Assembly (NCBI GenBank): GCA_048128005.1
Contig: JBEUKZ010000101.1
Location: 124,001-188,000, forward strand
Direction: 5' to 3'
From: Veleropilina oligotropha
Taxonomy: Eukaryota
DNA: 64,000 nucleotides
Positions 24,203-35,679 of this stretch are shown piece by piece; position 1 is the first letter of the stretch; each line of letters opens with the position of its first letter. Made by a program: the position numbers and the translations under genes. The notes below the pieces were generated by a model. The model had not been told where the DNA came from. It ran no database searches and saw nothing but the letters and a program-made list of their open reading frames with translations.

Positions 24203-24294
24203 CCCGAGCGCCTCAGCTTCATATTCTGTCGATACGCGTGCTGTCGAACGCTTGGTCCGGGGGAGAGCATATCATACGTCATCTCTGCCACATA
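24148..24294 (-). CDS. ATG2: ATG2 exon (YVAEMTYDMLSPGP...HPADMREGMTNAYIVVRE)
   Basis: AG/GT boundaries, 147 nt, P.D.REG..AY motif. Confidence 0.93.
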
Positions 24295-24823
24295 CTGCAA
24301 AGAGATTAGCTAGTGATTAGTAAATTCTGATGGGTTCAAATATTTATGCACACTAAATAAAACTGAAAATGAAAATGCAATAAGGTTCCCACGCTATAAC
24401 AAAATTATAAAATTATCTTATTTCAAATCATGTATGGTGCTAGTCATTGATTGATTGTGAAGAATTTTAGTTTATTGTTTTTTTTTTTATTGAAACTTTT
24501 ACAAAACAATTTTCATGTCTGGTCCGGATTGTGATTCGGGTTCGGATTTTATGACGCAATATCGGGTTTACAGGTTTTTGGCTGTAGCGTTAAAAGGCTT
24601 CATTGTACAAACATCAAAATAGGCTCAAAATTGTCTTTTGATCAGGGGTCAATGACAACATGACTTATATAGAATCTATCTCACACAAGATGGCCGCCAG
24701 GGGGATTTAAAATTTGAAAAATAGGGGGTCAATTTGTAATTTTGCCAAGTCGAATTAAATTCGGTAATTCATTATTCAAATCATAGTCATGATGAAATGA
24801 TATTGATATCAGCAAAAATATTA

Positions 24824-25157
24824 GGTGCTCTTTCGGTACTTCCCCCACAGGTCCGGCTTTTATACATATTTAAGAGCTCCGGCTTGTATTCGTCTTAAAT
24901 TTTCACACTCCGCGTATTATCTGCTACTAAAGGCAAATGCAGCTTGCGATAAGATACACTTGATGGGTACGTAGTTGTATTGGCTTTACAAACGTATACA
25001 CACCGGACCACCCCGTGAGCCTGGACTGACCGAGGTTCACCTGTTGCTAGTCCCCATGGATTTAACATTACCGATGCATCCAAAGTCGGAGATGAAAAAC
25101 CGGATTTCCAATGTTGAGTAAAAGCCGGAGCTGTGGGGGAAGTACCGAAAGAGCGCC
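24824..25157. mobile_element. MITE with ~40-bp TIRs (GGYGCTCTTTCGGTACTTCCCCCACAG..CCGGCTTTTA)
   Basis: Inverted repeats 24824-24863 and 25119-25157. Confidence 0.75.
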
Positions 25158-25294
25158 ATTGATTGTCAGAGTAAAAGCACACTGTCTTACCAAGTATGGA
25201 AACTTTTACAAAACAATTTTCATGTCACTAATTTCAATGAAAATGTGTACGCACTAGAACAGTCGTAGCTTAATGAATCACAAAACTAAAAATA

Positions 25295-26362
25295 AACAAG
25301 TGATTGCCACTAAGTGGCGATTGTCCACCGCCCGTATTATTGACCGCATATATATTTTTGCACGCTGTGTATCAGTAACTCAATGAGAAGTAAGAAAGAT
25401 TTCCTGCCATCAGAGGCTAAAGAGATAGATAGACTAAGTGTAAATATAAATTAAATAATTTTCATTATTCTAAACTTTATCCATCCCATTATGTGGTTAG
25501 TTGATCTGTGAAGATTCAGAAAGCTAATATTTCTCTAAAAGGAAAATTTAGTTTAGAGAAAATTGATAAATTTCATACATCCAAAGACTATGTTTTAAAT
25601 CGGCAAAAGTCAGCAATAAATCAAGGTTTCAAAAAATCCCCAATATTTGAACCTGATCTACCCCATGATGGGGTTAATTGATCTGTAAAGCTTCAGAAAG
25701 CTAGCATCTCTGAAAATGAAACAAGTCTGTAAAGGAAAAATAATTTAGTGAGTATTGGGTACAAATTTAAGTCCAAAGTTGTCAAAAATTATATTCAATT
25801 TTTAAAATAAATTCTCAATAATCGAACTTGATCTACCCCATGATGTGATTTGTTGATCTGTAAAGTTTTGCAAAGCTAGCATTTCTCTAAATGTAAAAAA
25901 TTGTTGTGATAAAATTGACCACACCAATGCTTGCAGAGACTATGTTCAAAATCGCCGAAAAGTTGCAATAAAAACATAGTTTTAAAATAAATTCCAAATA
26001 TTCGAACTTGATCTACCCAATGATGTGGTTAGTTGACCTGTAAAGTTTCGGAAAGCTAGCATTTCTCTAAATGCAAAAAATTGTTGACGGAAAATTGACC
26101 ACATCCATGCTTCCAGAGACTATGTTCAAAATAGTCAAAAAGTTGCCAAAAATCATAAATTTTCATAATAAATTTCCAATATTCGAACTTGATCTACTCA
26201 ATGATGTGGTTAATTGACCTGTAAAGTTTCGGAAAGCTACCATTTCTCTAAATGACAAAAAAAGATGACAGAAAAATCTGGGACGGAAACACGGACGGAC
26301 GGACGGACAGGCGGACGGACGTGAATACTATGTCCCCCGTCCGCCTCGCGGCGGGGGACAAT
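25295..26362 (+). mobile_element. Helentron/HINE-like non-autonomous element with ~180-bp internal tandem repeats
   Basis: AACAAG start, internal repeats, (GGAC)n tract, 3' hairpin TGTCCCCCG..CGGGGGACA. Confidence 0.75.
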
Positions 26363-26363
26363 A

Positions 26364-28580
26364 AAACAAGTGATTGCCACTAATTGGCGATTGTCCCCCG
26401 CCCGTATTATTGACCACATATATATTTTTGCCCGCTGTGTACTCAGTAACTCAATGAGAATTCATTAATTAAGCAAGATTTACTGCCACCAGAGGCTACA
26501 GAGATAGATATGCACCCAGAGATTAAGTGTAAATACTTCAAGTAAATTAAATAATTTCCATTATTCAAACTTTATCCATCCCATTATCACATTGTGGTTA
26601 GTTGGTCTGTGAAGTTTCAGATAAAATTTATAAATTCCATACATGCAGAGACTATGTTTTAAATCAACAAAATTCAGCAATAAATCAAGGTTTCAAAAAA
26701 TCCCCAATATTTGAAATTGATCTACCCTTTGATGGGGGTTAGTTGATCTATAAAGTTTCATAAAGCTAGCATCTCTGTAAATGAAATAAGAGCATGTAAG
26801 AAAATTGACCACATCCATGCTTGCAGAAATCCATAAATTTAAAAAAAACTCCCCATATTCAAAAAGGAAAAAGGAAGGATCAATGCTTATTGTCCTGTAT
26901 ATTTCCAACTTATTTAGGTTCAAACCTGGACAAACGGTATTATCGTGGGAGGAAAGCCTGCCCTCTTGGACCAGTTATGGACAACTGCGATTCATAATTT
27001 GAACAAATAATGTCATGTTCCAGGCGGGGTTTGAACCCACATTGGCAATACTGTTCACGTCAATGGAATCAAGTCAGTGATTTTCTGAGTCCACACCAAT
27101 ACCACACAGCTGTCGAAGCGGCCCCCATATTCGAACTTACTCCATGACAGCTTCGTACAGCTAGCATTTCTCTTGTCTAATTTGAAAAAGTTAGTTGTGA
27201 CAAAATTGACAACATCCATGTGTCCAGAGACTATATTCAATATCATGAAATACCTAAAAGTTTTAAAAATTCCCAATATTGGAACTTGATCTACCCAATG
27301 ATGTGATTAATTGACCGGTAAAGTTTCAGAAAGCTAGAAATTCTCAATATGAAAACAAGAAATTCCGCAGAATTATATGTCTCGCCCACCCCAGCTAAAC
27401 CATGACAAAATCATAGTATCCCGGCCTCTTGTCAGGGGACACAATGACTTGAACCTTGACCAGCTGATCATGAGGAGAGTGATATTAGATACTTGATACA
27501 GTCTGTTCTTGTAATGACAATATACACTGCCATCTCAAGATACCCATGGAATAAACCAGTGGGGAAGCCAGTTTTCAAAATCCATCTGATTTTGAGAATC
27601 CCAGCTTACAGAGTGACCATTAAGCTTAACAGCTTACTTTGCATATTGGCAGGCTTACAGATAAGCACATGTCACTTTCATCGTACTTAAAAAAATATCT
27701 CTGTTTTCTTTCCTCAATATTTCAAGGCATAATTAAAATTTGTGTATGCGCAATGAAAATAAATCATGTAAAAAAAATTTGGGGGTGAGGTGGAGCGAAT
27801 CTGAAGGATTAACAGGTTTATACACGTGAAGTTTAAAATTGAACTGATGTACATTGTAGTGGAGAGACCAATATATCATCTGGAAGCAATACGCAATAAT
27901 TAAACTTGGGGGTGGGTGAGCATGAGGGGGGGGGGGGGGGGGGTGAAGGGGAAAAGCAATACCAATATCTCTTTCTCTACGGGAGAGACAAATATTGTGA
28001 GAAAATCACATCCATGCTTACAGAGACTATGTTGAAAAGTCACAAAATAAAACATGTTTTTAAAATAATTTCACAATATTCGAACTTGATATACCCAATG
28101 GTGTGGTTCTTAAATCTGTAAAGTTTCAGAAAGGTAGCATTTCTCTAAACGGAAAAAAATAATGTGAGAAATTTACCATATCCATGCTTCCAGAGGCTAT
28201 GTTCAAATTCACTGAAAAGTCGCCAAAAAACCCACAAGTTTGCAAAATATATTCTCAATGATGTGCTTAGTTCATCTGTAAAGTTTCGTTAAGCTCACAT
28301 TTCCCTAAATGAACAAAAAAAGATGTGAGAATTATACCACATCCATGCTTCCACAGACTATGTTCAAAATTTCACAAAAGGCGCCAAAAAAAAAGAAGTT
28401 TTCAAAATAAATTTCCAATATTCGAACTTGTTCTACCCAATGATGTGGTTAGTTGATCTGTAAAGTTTCGGAAAGCTCGCATTTCTCTAAATGGCAAAAA
28501 AAGATGTGAGAAAATCCGGGACGGATGGAACGATGGACGGACGAACAGACACTGTCGCCCGATACGCGGCGGGGGACAAT
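26364..28580 (+). mobile_element. Second tandem copy of the same HINE-like family, interrupted by a SINE and other inserts
   Basis: Same 5' end as 25295; core repeats resume near 27990; GGAC tract and GGGGGACAA end near 28580. Confidence 0.7.
26862..27123 (-). mobile_element. tRNA-derived SINE family B nested in a HINE-like element
   Basis: Reverse complement starts GGCCGCTTCGACAG and ends with the family tail. Confidence 0.75.
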
Positions 28581-28710
28581 TAATGACTTGAGTACATCAA
28601 TGATGTGTAATAATCACATTGCAAAAGTTCATGGCTCAAATTTCAAGGTCATACAAATTCTAATCCAAAACCATTTCTGTATTTAGGACTATCTGTTATC
28701 ACGTACGTAC

Positions 28711-28865
28711 CTGTATAGACTGGACAAGGCGGTTGGTCAGCTCCAGTACCGCCATCGCGGTTGACATCGTAAACGATGTGGCGCCCCTCTGGAGGCCCCT
28801 CACGATGCGGCCATCTTTACGATATTGCTCGATCGGTAGCCAGAACAGGTCCCTGATACCCTGGG
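28711..28865 (-). CDS. ATG2: ATG2 exon (QGIRDLFWLPIEQYRKDGRIVRGLQRGATSFTMSTAMAVLELTNRLVQSIQ)
   Basis: Hallmark ATG2 sequence; phases consistent. Confidence 0.97.
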
Positions 28866-30529
28866 CTAGAACAAGCAAAACATATGTAACTGTAAGAAAC
28901 TATATGATGTAACTAACAATAACACTATTGCCACAAATTGCAATGTGCAGTTTCAAGGCAAAATAGCAAACACAATAATAACCTCAATTACAGATTTAAA
29001 GGTACTTTAGTGACAGAATATAATATTCTTTTCGGTGTCTTCGCGTATGAAAACAAATTCATTAAAATTAGTATTAAAGTGTTATTTGAATGCCATTTAA
29101 ATATGCTACTTAGACAAGTACAATACACGATTTATGCTATGAAAACAATACACAGTTAGAATATTTGAACAATTAACGAAAACATCTTTATTTTGTATGT
29201 TTATAACCGAGACGATGACGTTGTTTTTAACATGTAAACGGCTATTATTCGTTTTTCCGGGCATGACGTATGAGGAGTATCCCCCCGCAAGCCAGAATGG
29301 TTGCTGTCAACAAGGAACGTGATATTGGCAGTTCGTCATATACCAGTCTTTTCTCTGGAATAAAACCGGACCAACACTCATATTTTGTAGAAACGAAAGA
29401 GGGAAGTATTGTTACAAAGTATAGTAGGCTTTTCCAAAATCGTTGAAGGCTTGTGGCAACATGCGTTCGGGATAGCGATTTATCGGAGAATTGTTGTCAT
29501 ATTCTACATAGCACATGTTTGTTCTGATGGCATAAAACTGAATGACATATCAATTCCGGGGTGCTTATAAGGTCGGCGATAGGCTGGGTGTCGTTACTCG
29601 TATACAATAATGAATTATAATATACAGATCAGCAGTTCAAATCCATTCATTGAATATTTAAATATGATTTATTTTGATTTGCATCACTGAATTATATAAA
29701 ACTTTACTGACAAGTGTTTTTATTTCACGTGAAACAGTAATGTTGAAATTGTTTACATTTGAATGGTCCAGCATACGTCACAGGGGTTTGGGCAGGATCT
29801 AATTTTATTTAAATACTTAACTGTACGGTACAGTAGTAGCATGTATCAAGTACAACAAAAATAATACATTGGTACCTTTCTTAAAATATCAAATACTTTT
29901 TTAATACAGCTGAATAAATTTAGTTTACATGCATAGTACGGTAGTTATAATAGCTGACACCCCCATGACATTAAAATGGACCAGACATGATAGTCGCGCG
30001 TGCTCCTTCCGTTCACATTTGGAGGTCATACGTTCGTAGATTTGTACAAATTTGATTCAAAATTAAATAGCAAAATGCTCATTTATTTATTAATATACCG
30101 GATTATAACAAATAGTGGATTAAAAATGCAAGCCGTAATCTACTGCATATTATAGGTTGACAACTTTGCAGATCACCATACAGGCAAGATATTAGAAATA
30201 AGTAACCCATTGCTTTCAATGTATATTATTTCGGCCTAACTTTATTTATAACTAGGCCTATAAACATATTTTTAGTAACTACTGTACCGGTATTATATAT
30301 TTATTCAGAATATAATCAATTACGTTTTAATGAATTATTTGAGTAAATACAGCGCATGCCTTCGCCAACAAATTTACGCGACTCCGAAACATCGCTACAT
30401 CAGCGGCGGATTGGCCGTCTGCAATCCATAAACTGACTGAATTTTCCAATTTGTATATTGCAGTTAAATAACTGTTATACAAAGTTAACAGTGCTGGTCT
30501 GACTTTAAATTCACTGTACTTCCATTATT

Positions 30530-30851
30530 GCCGTCGTGGCTCAGTGGGATGTTCACCGGACTCTGGTCACAGAGTCTCGAGTTCGCCCCCAAAGCTCGGC
30601 GATTTCACTTGGGCAAGGAAATAAGCATATATTTGCCTCGGTCCACCCAGCCGATCTGAATGGGTACCTGGTTGGCAGTTATGTAAGTCACGGCGCTAAC
30701 CGCGTGTAAATGACTGTAATGCTCCCAGAGGGAGTTGAGATGGCACATCGAGTGGAACAGGCCCATAACCAGGGGTAATAATGTTCAGCGCATTGAGACA
30801 CTAGCGTAATAATGCGCTATATAAGACCGGAGTATTATTATTATTATTATT
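30530..30851 (+). mobile_element. tRNA-derived SINE family A (Deu/Nin-like central domain, (ATT)n tail)
   Basis: A box TGGCTCAGTGG, B-box-like GAGTTCG, TCCACCCAG...AATGGGTACC core; close copy at 49650. Confidence 0.85.
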
Positions 30852-31496
30852 GCACCTCTTTGCGTTGAGGGATGACGATTTCACATATCGCGAAGAAAAA
30901 CGATCGACGTACGTGGCGGTCAATATCGTACTGAGTGATTGAATCCAATGCAGACGTTCCTAAATATTAATTTTGTCATCCGTAAAGCATTATCAGAATT
31001 ATATTCAGTTTATTTAGGTTGTGTGTACTTAAATTCGTACAGTATTATCACAAAAGAAATGGGTAACAAATGACGCTGACAACATGTAAACAAGCACTGA
31101 AATAGGTCAGCGTTAAAGCCGCAAATTTGTTACAATACTCTAGTGACGTCACATCAGGGATTGACACAGCTGGGCATTCGCACTTCGTTATAACTATTAA
31201 ATTGTATAACATATTTAAAGATGCACATATGCAATATGTAAGTTACATATTGGTGTATTAGAATAACTAGAAACTAGAACACAATCAACTAATACTTTAA
31301 GGATAAGCAATGGTTACAATAATGAGCATTCGACCTCAAGGTTTAATGTCTCATTTTGAAGGACGGGTGATGGATTTTGGAAGTCATCCAGCTTCTATTT
31401 GTTTTAAGCGTGATAATAAACCATGCAGGTGTGGGAAGCGAATCCACGTCATACTGACGTTGTACCAGTTGAGATAGCGTATGAATGAACTAGTAC

Positions 31497-31618
31497 CGAG
31501 CTGGACGAATGAGTGCATGGGTCCGACTCCCCCCAGAATGCTCGGCAGCTGCTTCCTCTTTATGTCAGAGAGCCACTCGGCGATCGCGAACATCAACACA
31601 CGCTCAACACCCAGCAGG
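31497..31618 (-). CDS. ATG2: ATG2 exon (LLGVERVLMFAIAEWLSDIKRKQLPSILGGVGPMHSFVQL)
   Basis: Hallmark sequence; AG/GT; phase 2 in, phase 1 out. Confidence 0.96.
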
Positions 31619-32082
31619 CTGCAGATATACAAGGTAGAATAAATACTGTAATACTGTATTAACATGAACACGCGTGCAACGCCCAGGAGGCTACAGATAT
31701 ACAAGGTAGAATAAATACTGTAATAGTAACATGAACATGCGTACAACGCCCAGGAGGCTGCAGATATATAATAACTTCAATGAATACTATATTAAAGATA
31801 CAATCATCATTTTATTATGGAGAGATAAAATCGGACAATTCCTCTGAAAATGTAAAATCATTATTATGTGAAAAAAATATGTAAATTTCCACGGAAATCA
31901 TGATGAATATGAAATTAACACGCTCAATTTGAATTTGAGTCACAGAGTACATAAAGTTGATAATATACACACATGTCCGTTACAATACAATAATATACAC
32001 TATTTTCAAGAATGCTATAGATGGATGTCAACACGATTATAACACTAACTTCAATTTTAATTAAAACAACATTACATAAATA

Positions 32083-32606
32083 ACTAGAATGCTCAGTCAC
32101 GAGTGACCGCATATGAATCCCCCGGTAATCCAGGATGGTGGCCATCTTTGAGGTCGGACCACATTCGCAATCTTTGAATGCCGTGTCCTCACCCCAACCA
32201 ATGTCCAAATCAAATTTGAAAACATCCTGACGATCGCGAGTAATCTCTCGGCGGCCATCTTGGATGTCGGACCATATCCGAAATCTATGTGTCGTGTCCT
32301 CACCCCAATCAATTCACATACCAAATTTGAAAGCATTCAGTAAAGAAATGACCTGTCTAGAGCGATCACAAAGAATTATGATTCAAAATCAAAGATGGAG
32401 GCCACAGCGGCCATCTTGGAGGTCGGACCACACCCAAAATATCTAGGTGTCATGTCCTCGCCCAAACCAATGCGCATAACAAATATGAAAACATTCCGTT
32501 AAGAAATGGCCTGTCTAGAGCGATCACGAGGCATCTCTTGGCGGACCCGGCGGCTTAACGGACACTAAACCATAGTATCCCCCGACACTCATTTCGGGGG
32601 ATACAA
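32083..32606 (+). mobile_element. HINE-like element with internal repeats
   Basis: AACTAG start, GGCCATCTTGGA repeats, 3' hairpin TATCCCCCGA...TCGGGGGATA. Confidence 0.65.
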
Positions 32607-32696
32607 TGATAAAACTTTTCAAATGCGTCATATTTGAACATTCAAGGTTAAGATCAAGGATAATTCTTGATAATGGCCAAGACCCCTTCTGCTTAC

Positions 32697-32779
32697 CCAT
32701 GTTTGTAATTCAGTCTTTTCAACCTTAGTTCAGAACAATTTAAATGCGTCAGACCCGCTAACAAGCCAGCCAATGTACC
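32697..32779 (-). CDS. ATG2: ATG2 exon (GTLAGLLAGLTHLNCSELRLKRLNYKHG)
   Basis: Translated by hand; LNCSEL.LKRL motif; AG/GT. Confidence 0.95.
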
Positions 32780-33531
32780 CTAAAACGACAACGAAAGTTC
32801 ACATAAACACATACAAAAAATTATCAATAAATCTTTGAGTCTGGGTCTATTGTGATCTGACATGTAGCTGTTCAAGTTATTGATAAAAATCCACTTCAAT
32901 GTGGAGAAAAAGATTGGATCAAGAGTATGTTTGGACAACCGAGACGGACTTGATTTAAATTAAGCTTGAATGATATAACTGTAAACAAACCATGAGGATG
33001 CAAGTGCATTAGATCTCAGTAAAAAACTTATATTAAGCACATCACGATAATCCTAGCTTGTTTCTAATCAAAGTGCTGAAGCACTGAAATGTCGGAAAGC
33101 AAAAGAGTATTGATTTCGCAACATGAACATACTTTTTGTCAAAGTTTCAGTAGCTTACGAAGTAGGATTTTTAATAACATACATAACAGCATGGTGGTAA
33201 TTAAAAATAATTGAGCATTGCCATGGACCTTCATGGAAAATCCGAATTTACAGAAAACGAAAGTGCCTAAATGATTTTAGATAATTAAACTTATAAATGC
33301 CTTTTACTTTCAGTTATCCTTAGTTTTTTACCATTTACATTTATATGCCTTTCCATATTATTAATTGCGATAATCATGAAGGAAATATCCCTGATAATAT
33401 ACAAAAAATGGGATCAGTAAACTGTATAGTAGTAAATGACTGACCAGCCATCAAATTTTATCCACATGCACCATCTTTTTGGAAGCCTAATCAAAATTTG
33501 ACAAGCCAAACAAAGATATTAAATATCAGTT

Positions 33532-34215
33532 TTTATCACATGTCTTGGTCATTTTCTCATAGTGCAGCACTGTGTATTATTCGTCGTAATACACGTGTCT
33601 CAAAATCATTTCGAAATGCGATTGGCTGTTTACAAAGAGACCTAAAAGTAACCAATGAAACGCAAGTGACGTAACGTCATCCGAAAAATTGCCTTATATA
33701 GAAACGATTTTGGTCAAACTCAATCCAAAACGTAATCGACGATAACTTGTCGCACATAGATGTTTAGACTATCGTTGTAAATTTTAAGCACAAATAATAT
33801 TCATTATTCGTTTTTATTTAGATAACATATATAAAATTTTAGCATTTTATCTTCACATATTTGCTTTTTAAACTTTAATTATACTTTTACAAACACGTAA
33901 ACATTGTATTTCGTAGCAAATTTCACTATTTTTGTATTGCGTGAGTAGGACGTCATTCCATCTTACTTACAATGCGCCGTAGTGTCAACGTCGCTACTTT
34001 CTAATAGCGAAGTTGTGAATTGTTTTAAATTAATTTTATCATAAACAGACATGTGATAAATAGAATATCACATTCGTGGTGGTGTAATATCACATTTATG
34101 AAACTCGTTTAACTAATTTTCATATTTTCCTCGGCAAAGCCTCGGAAAATATGAAAATTAGTTAAACTCGTTTCATAAATGTGATATTACACCACCACTC
34201 ATGTGAGATCCTCTA
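33532..34215 (+). mobile_element. Non-autonomous element with short IR and long terminal palindrome (possibly Crypton-like)
   Basis: TTTATCACAT...ATGTGATAAA followed by a ~145-bp imperfect palindrome; second copy at 53459-54945. Confidence 0.6.
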
Positions 34216-34280
34216 TATATCACTTCAACCAGTCGTAGCAGTACGATCCTTTGTTCTATTTTAAATATAATGGAGATTTT

Positions 34281-34878
34281 ATTGTCCCCCGCCGCCTATC
34301 GGGCGGACGGGGACATAGAATCCGCGTTCGTGCATCCGTCCGTCATGGATTTTCTCACATCTTTTTTTTCCCATTTAGAGAAATGCGGGCTTTCCGAAAC
34401 TTTACATATGAGCTAACCACATCATTGGGTAGATCAAGTTCGAATATTGGAAATTTATTTTGAAAACTTCTGGTTTTTAGCGACTTTTCAGCAATTTTGA
34501 ACATAGTCTCTGGAAGTATGAATGTGGTATATTTCTCACATTTTTTTTTCATTTAGGGAAATGTGAGCTTTCCGAAACTTTACAGATGAACTAACCACAT
34601 CATTGGGTAGAACAAGTTCGAATATTGGGAATATATTTTGCAAAATTGTGTTTTTTTGGCGACTTTTCGGTGAATTTGAACATAGCCTCTGGAAGCATGG
34701 ATATGGTCAATTTCACACCTTGTTTTTTTCCATTTAGAGAAATACTAGCTTTCTGAAACTTGACAGATTTACTAACCACACCATTGGGTATATCAAGTTC
34801 GAATATTGAGAAATTATTTTAAAAACATGTTTTTTTGGGTGACTTTTCAGGAATTTTGAACATAGTCTCAGGAAGCAT
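34281..34878 (-). mobile_element. Truncated HINE-like copy (family of 25295-26362)
   Basis: Reverse-complement core repeats and 3' hairpin. Confidence 0.75.
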
Positions 34879-35679
34879 GCGTTACAAGGCCGAGGCTGTA
34901 GACTTCATTTACCGGCTGCGTTCTCAACACCTCATAACAGGATAAAAGGCTATACTGTTCGTTATTGTCCGGAGAACAATGGAGGGAGGCTAATCGATCT
35001 CACGCTTCGTGTCGTCTATAATCACATGGAATAAAGTAGTTCATTGGTTATAAGCCATTCCCAACAAACCATTCAAGCCATTTGAACTCATTAATGAGAA
35101 GAAATACTCTCGAGTTGTGTGTGTTTATCGTACTGTCACCCTTGGCAGAGTTCATTTACTTAAATGACCATATCAGTTACTCCGGTCATTAAAGAACACA
35201 ACAAATGATTGGCTTAGCAATCAATGTTCATTGACCAATCCAAGAGAACCACACATGTGGCTGTTCACTTACATGGAAACTCACCAGGACACTTATGAAT
35301 GGAAAAATTAAATATGAATCTAGGCCACATATTTACAGCAAATGCTGACATTCCCTCAATTGTAATCACCTGTGAAAAACATGTCATTTGCAGATATTTC
35401 ATTACTAAACAGCCTTATTATTGTACACTTTATTATGATTTGCACAAACATAAACACACAAAGTTGGTAAAATAGTTTTATTATTACTTTTAAGATGTAC
35501 CACATCCTAATTTGAGAGAAAACTCGATAATTTATGTAATAAGCAGATAGTGGGAATAGCCATGAAAATTCTGACTGTTTACGGAAGCAGTAATTTTTTC
35601 CAATCGCAAGCTACATATATTTTTGAAACAATTATAGTTCAGTATGACACAGTGTAAGAGTTTGTTAATAAATAGCATA

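Noticed and set aside
28990..30500. Possible DNA transposon starting TTAAAGGTAC (Kolobok-like)
   Set aside because: Could not find a matching second terminus or coding remnant
30530..30605. Functional tRNA gene (also 49650, 53078)
   Set aside because: No convincing cloverleaf; continues into SINE body and tail present in multiple copies
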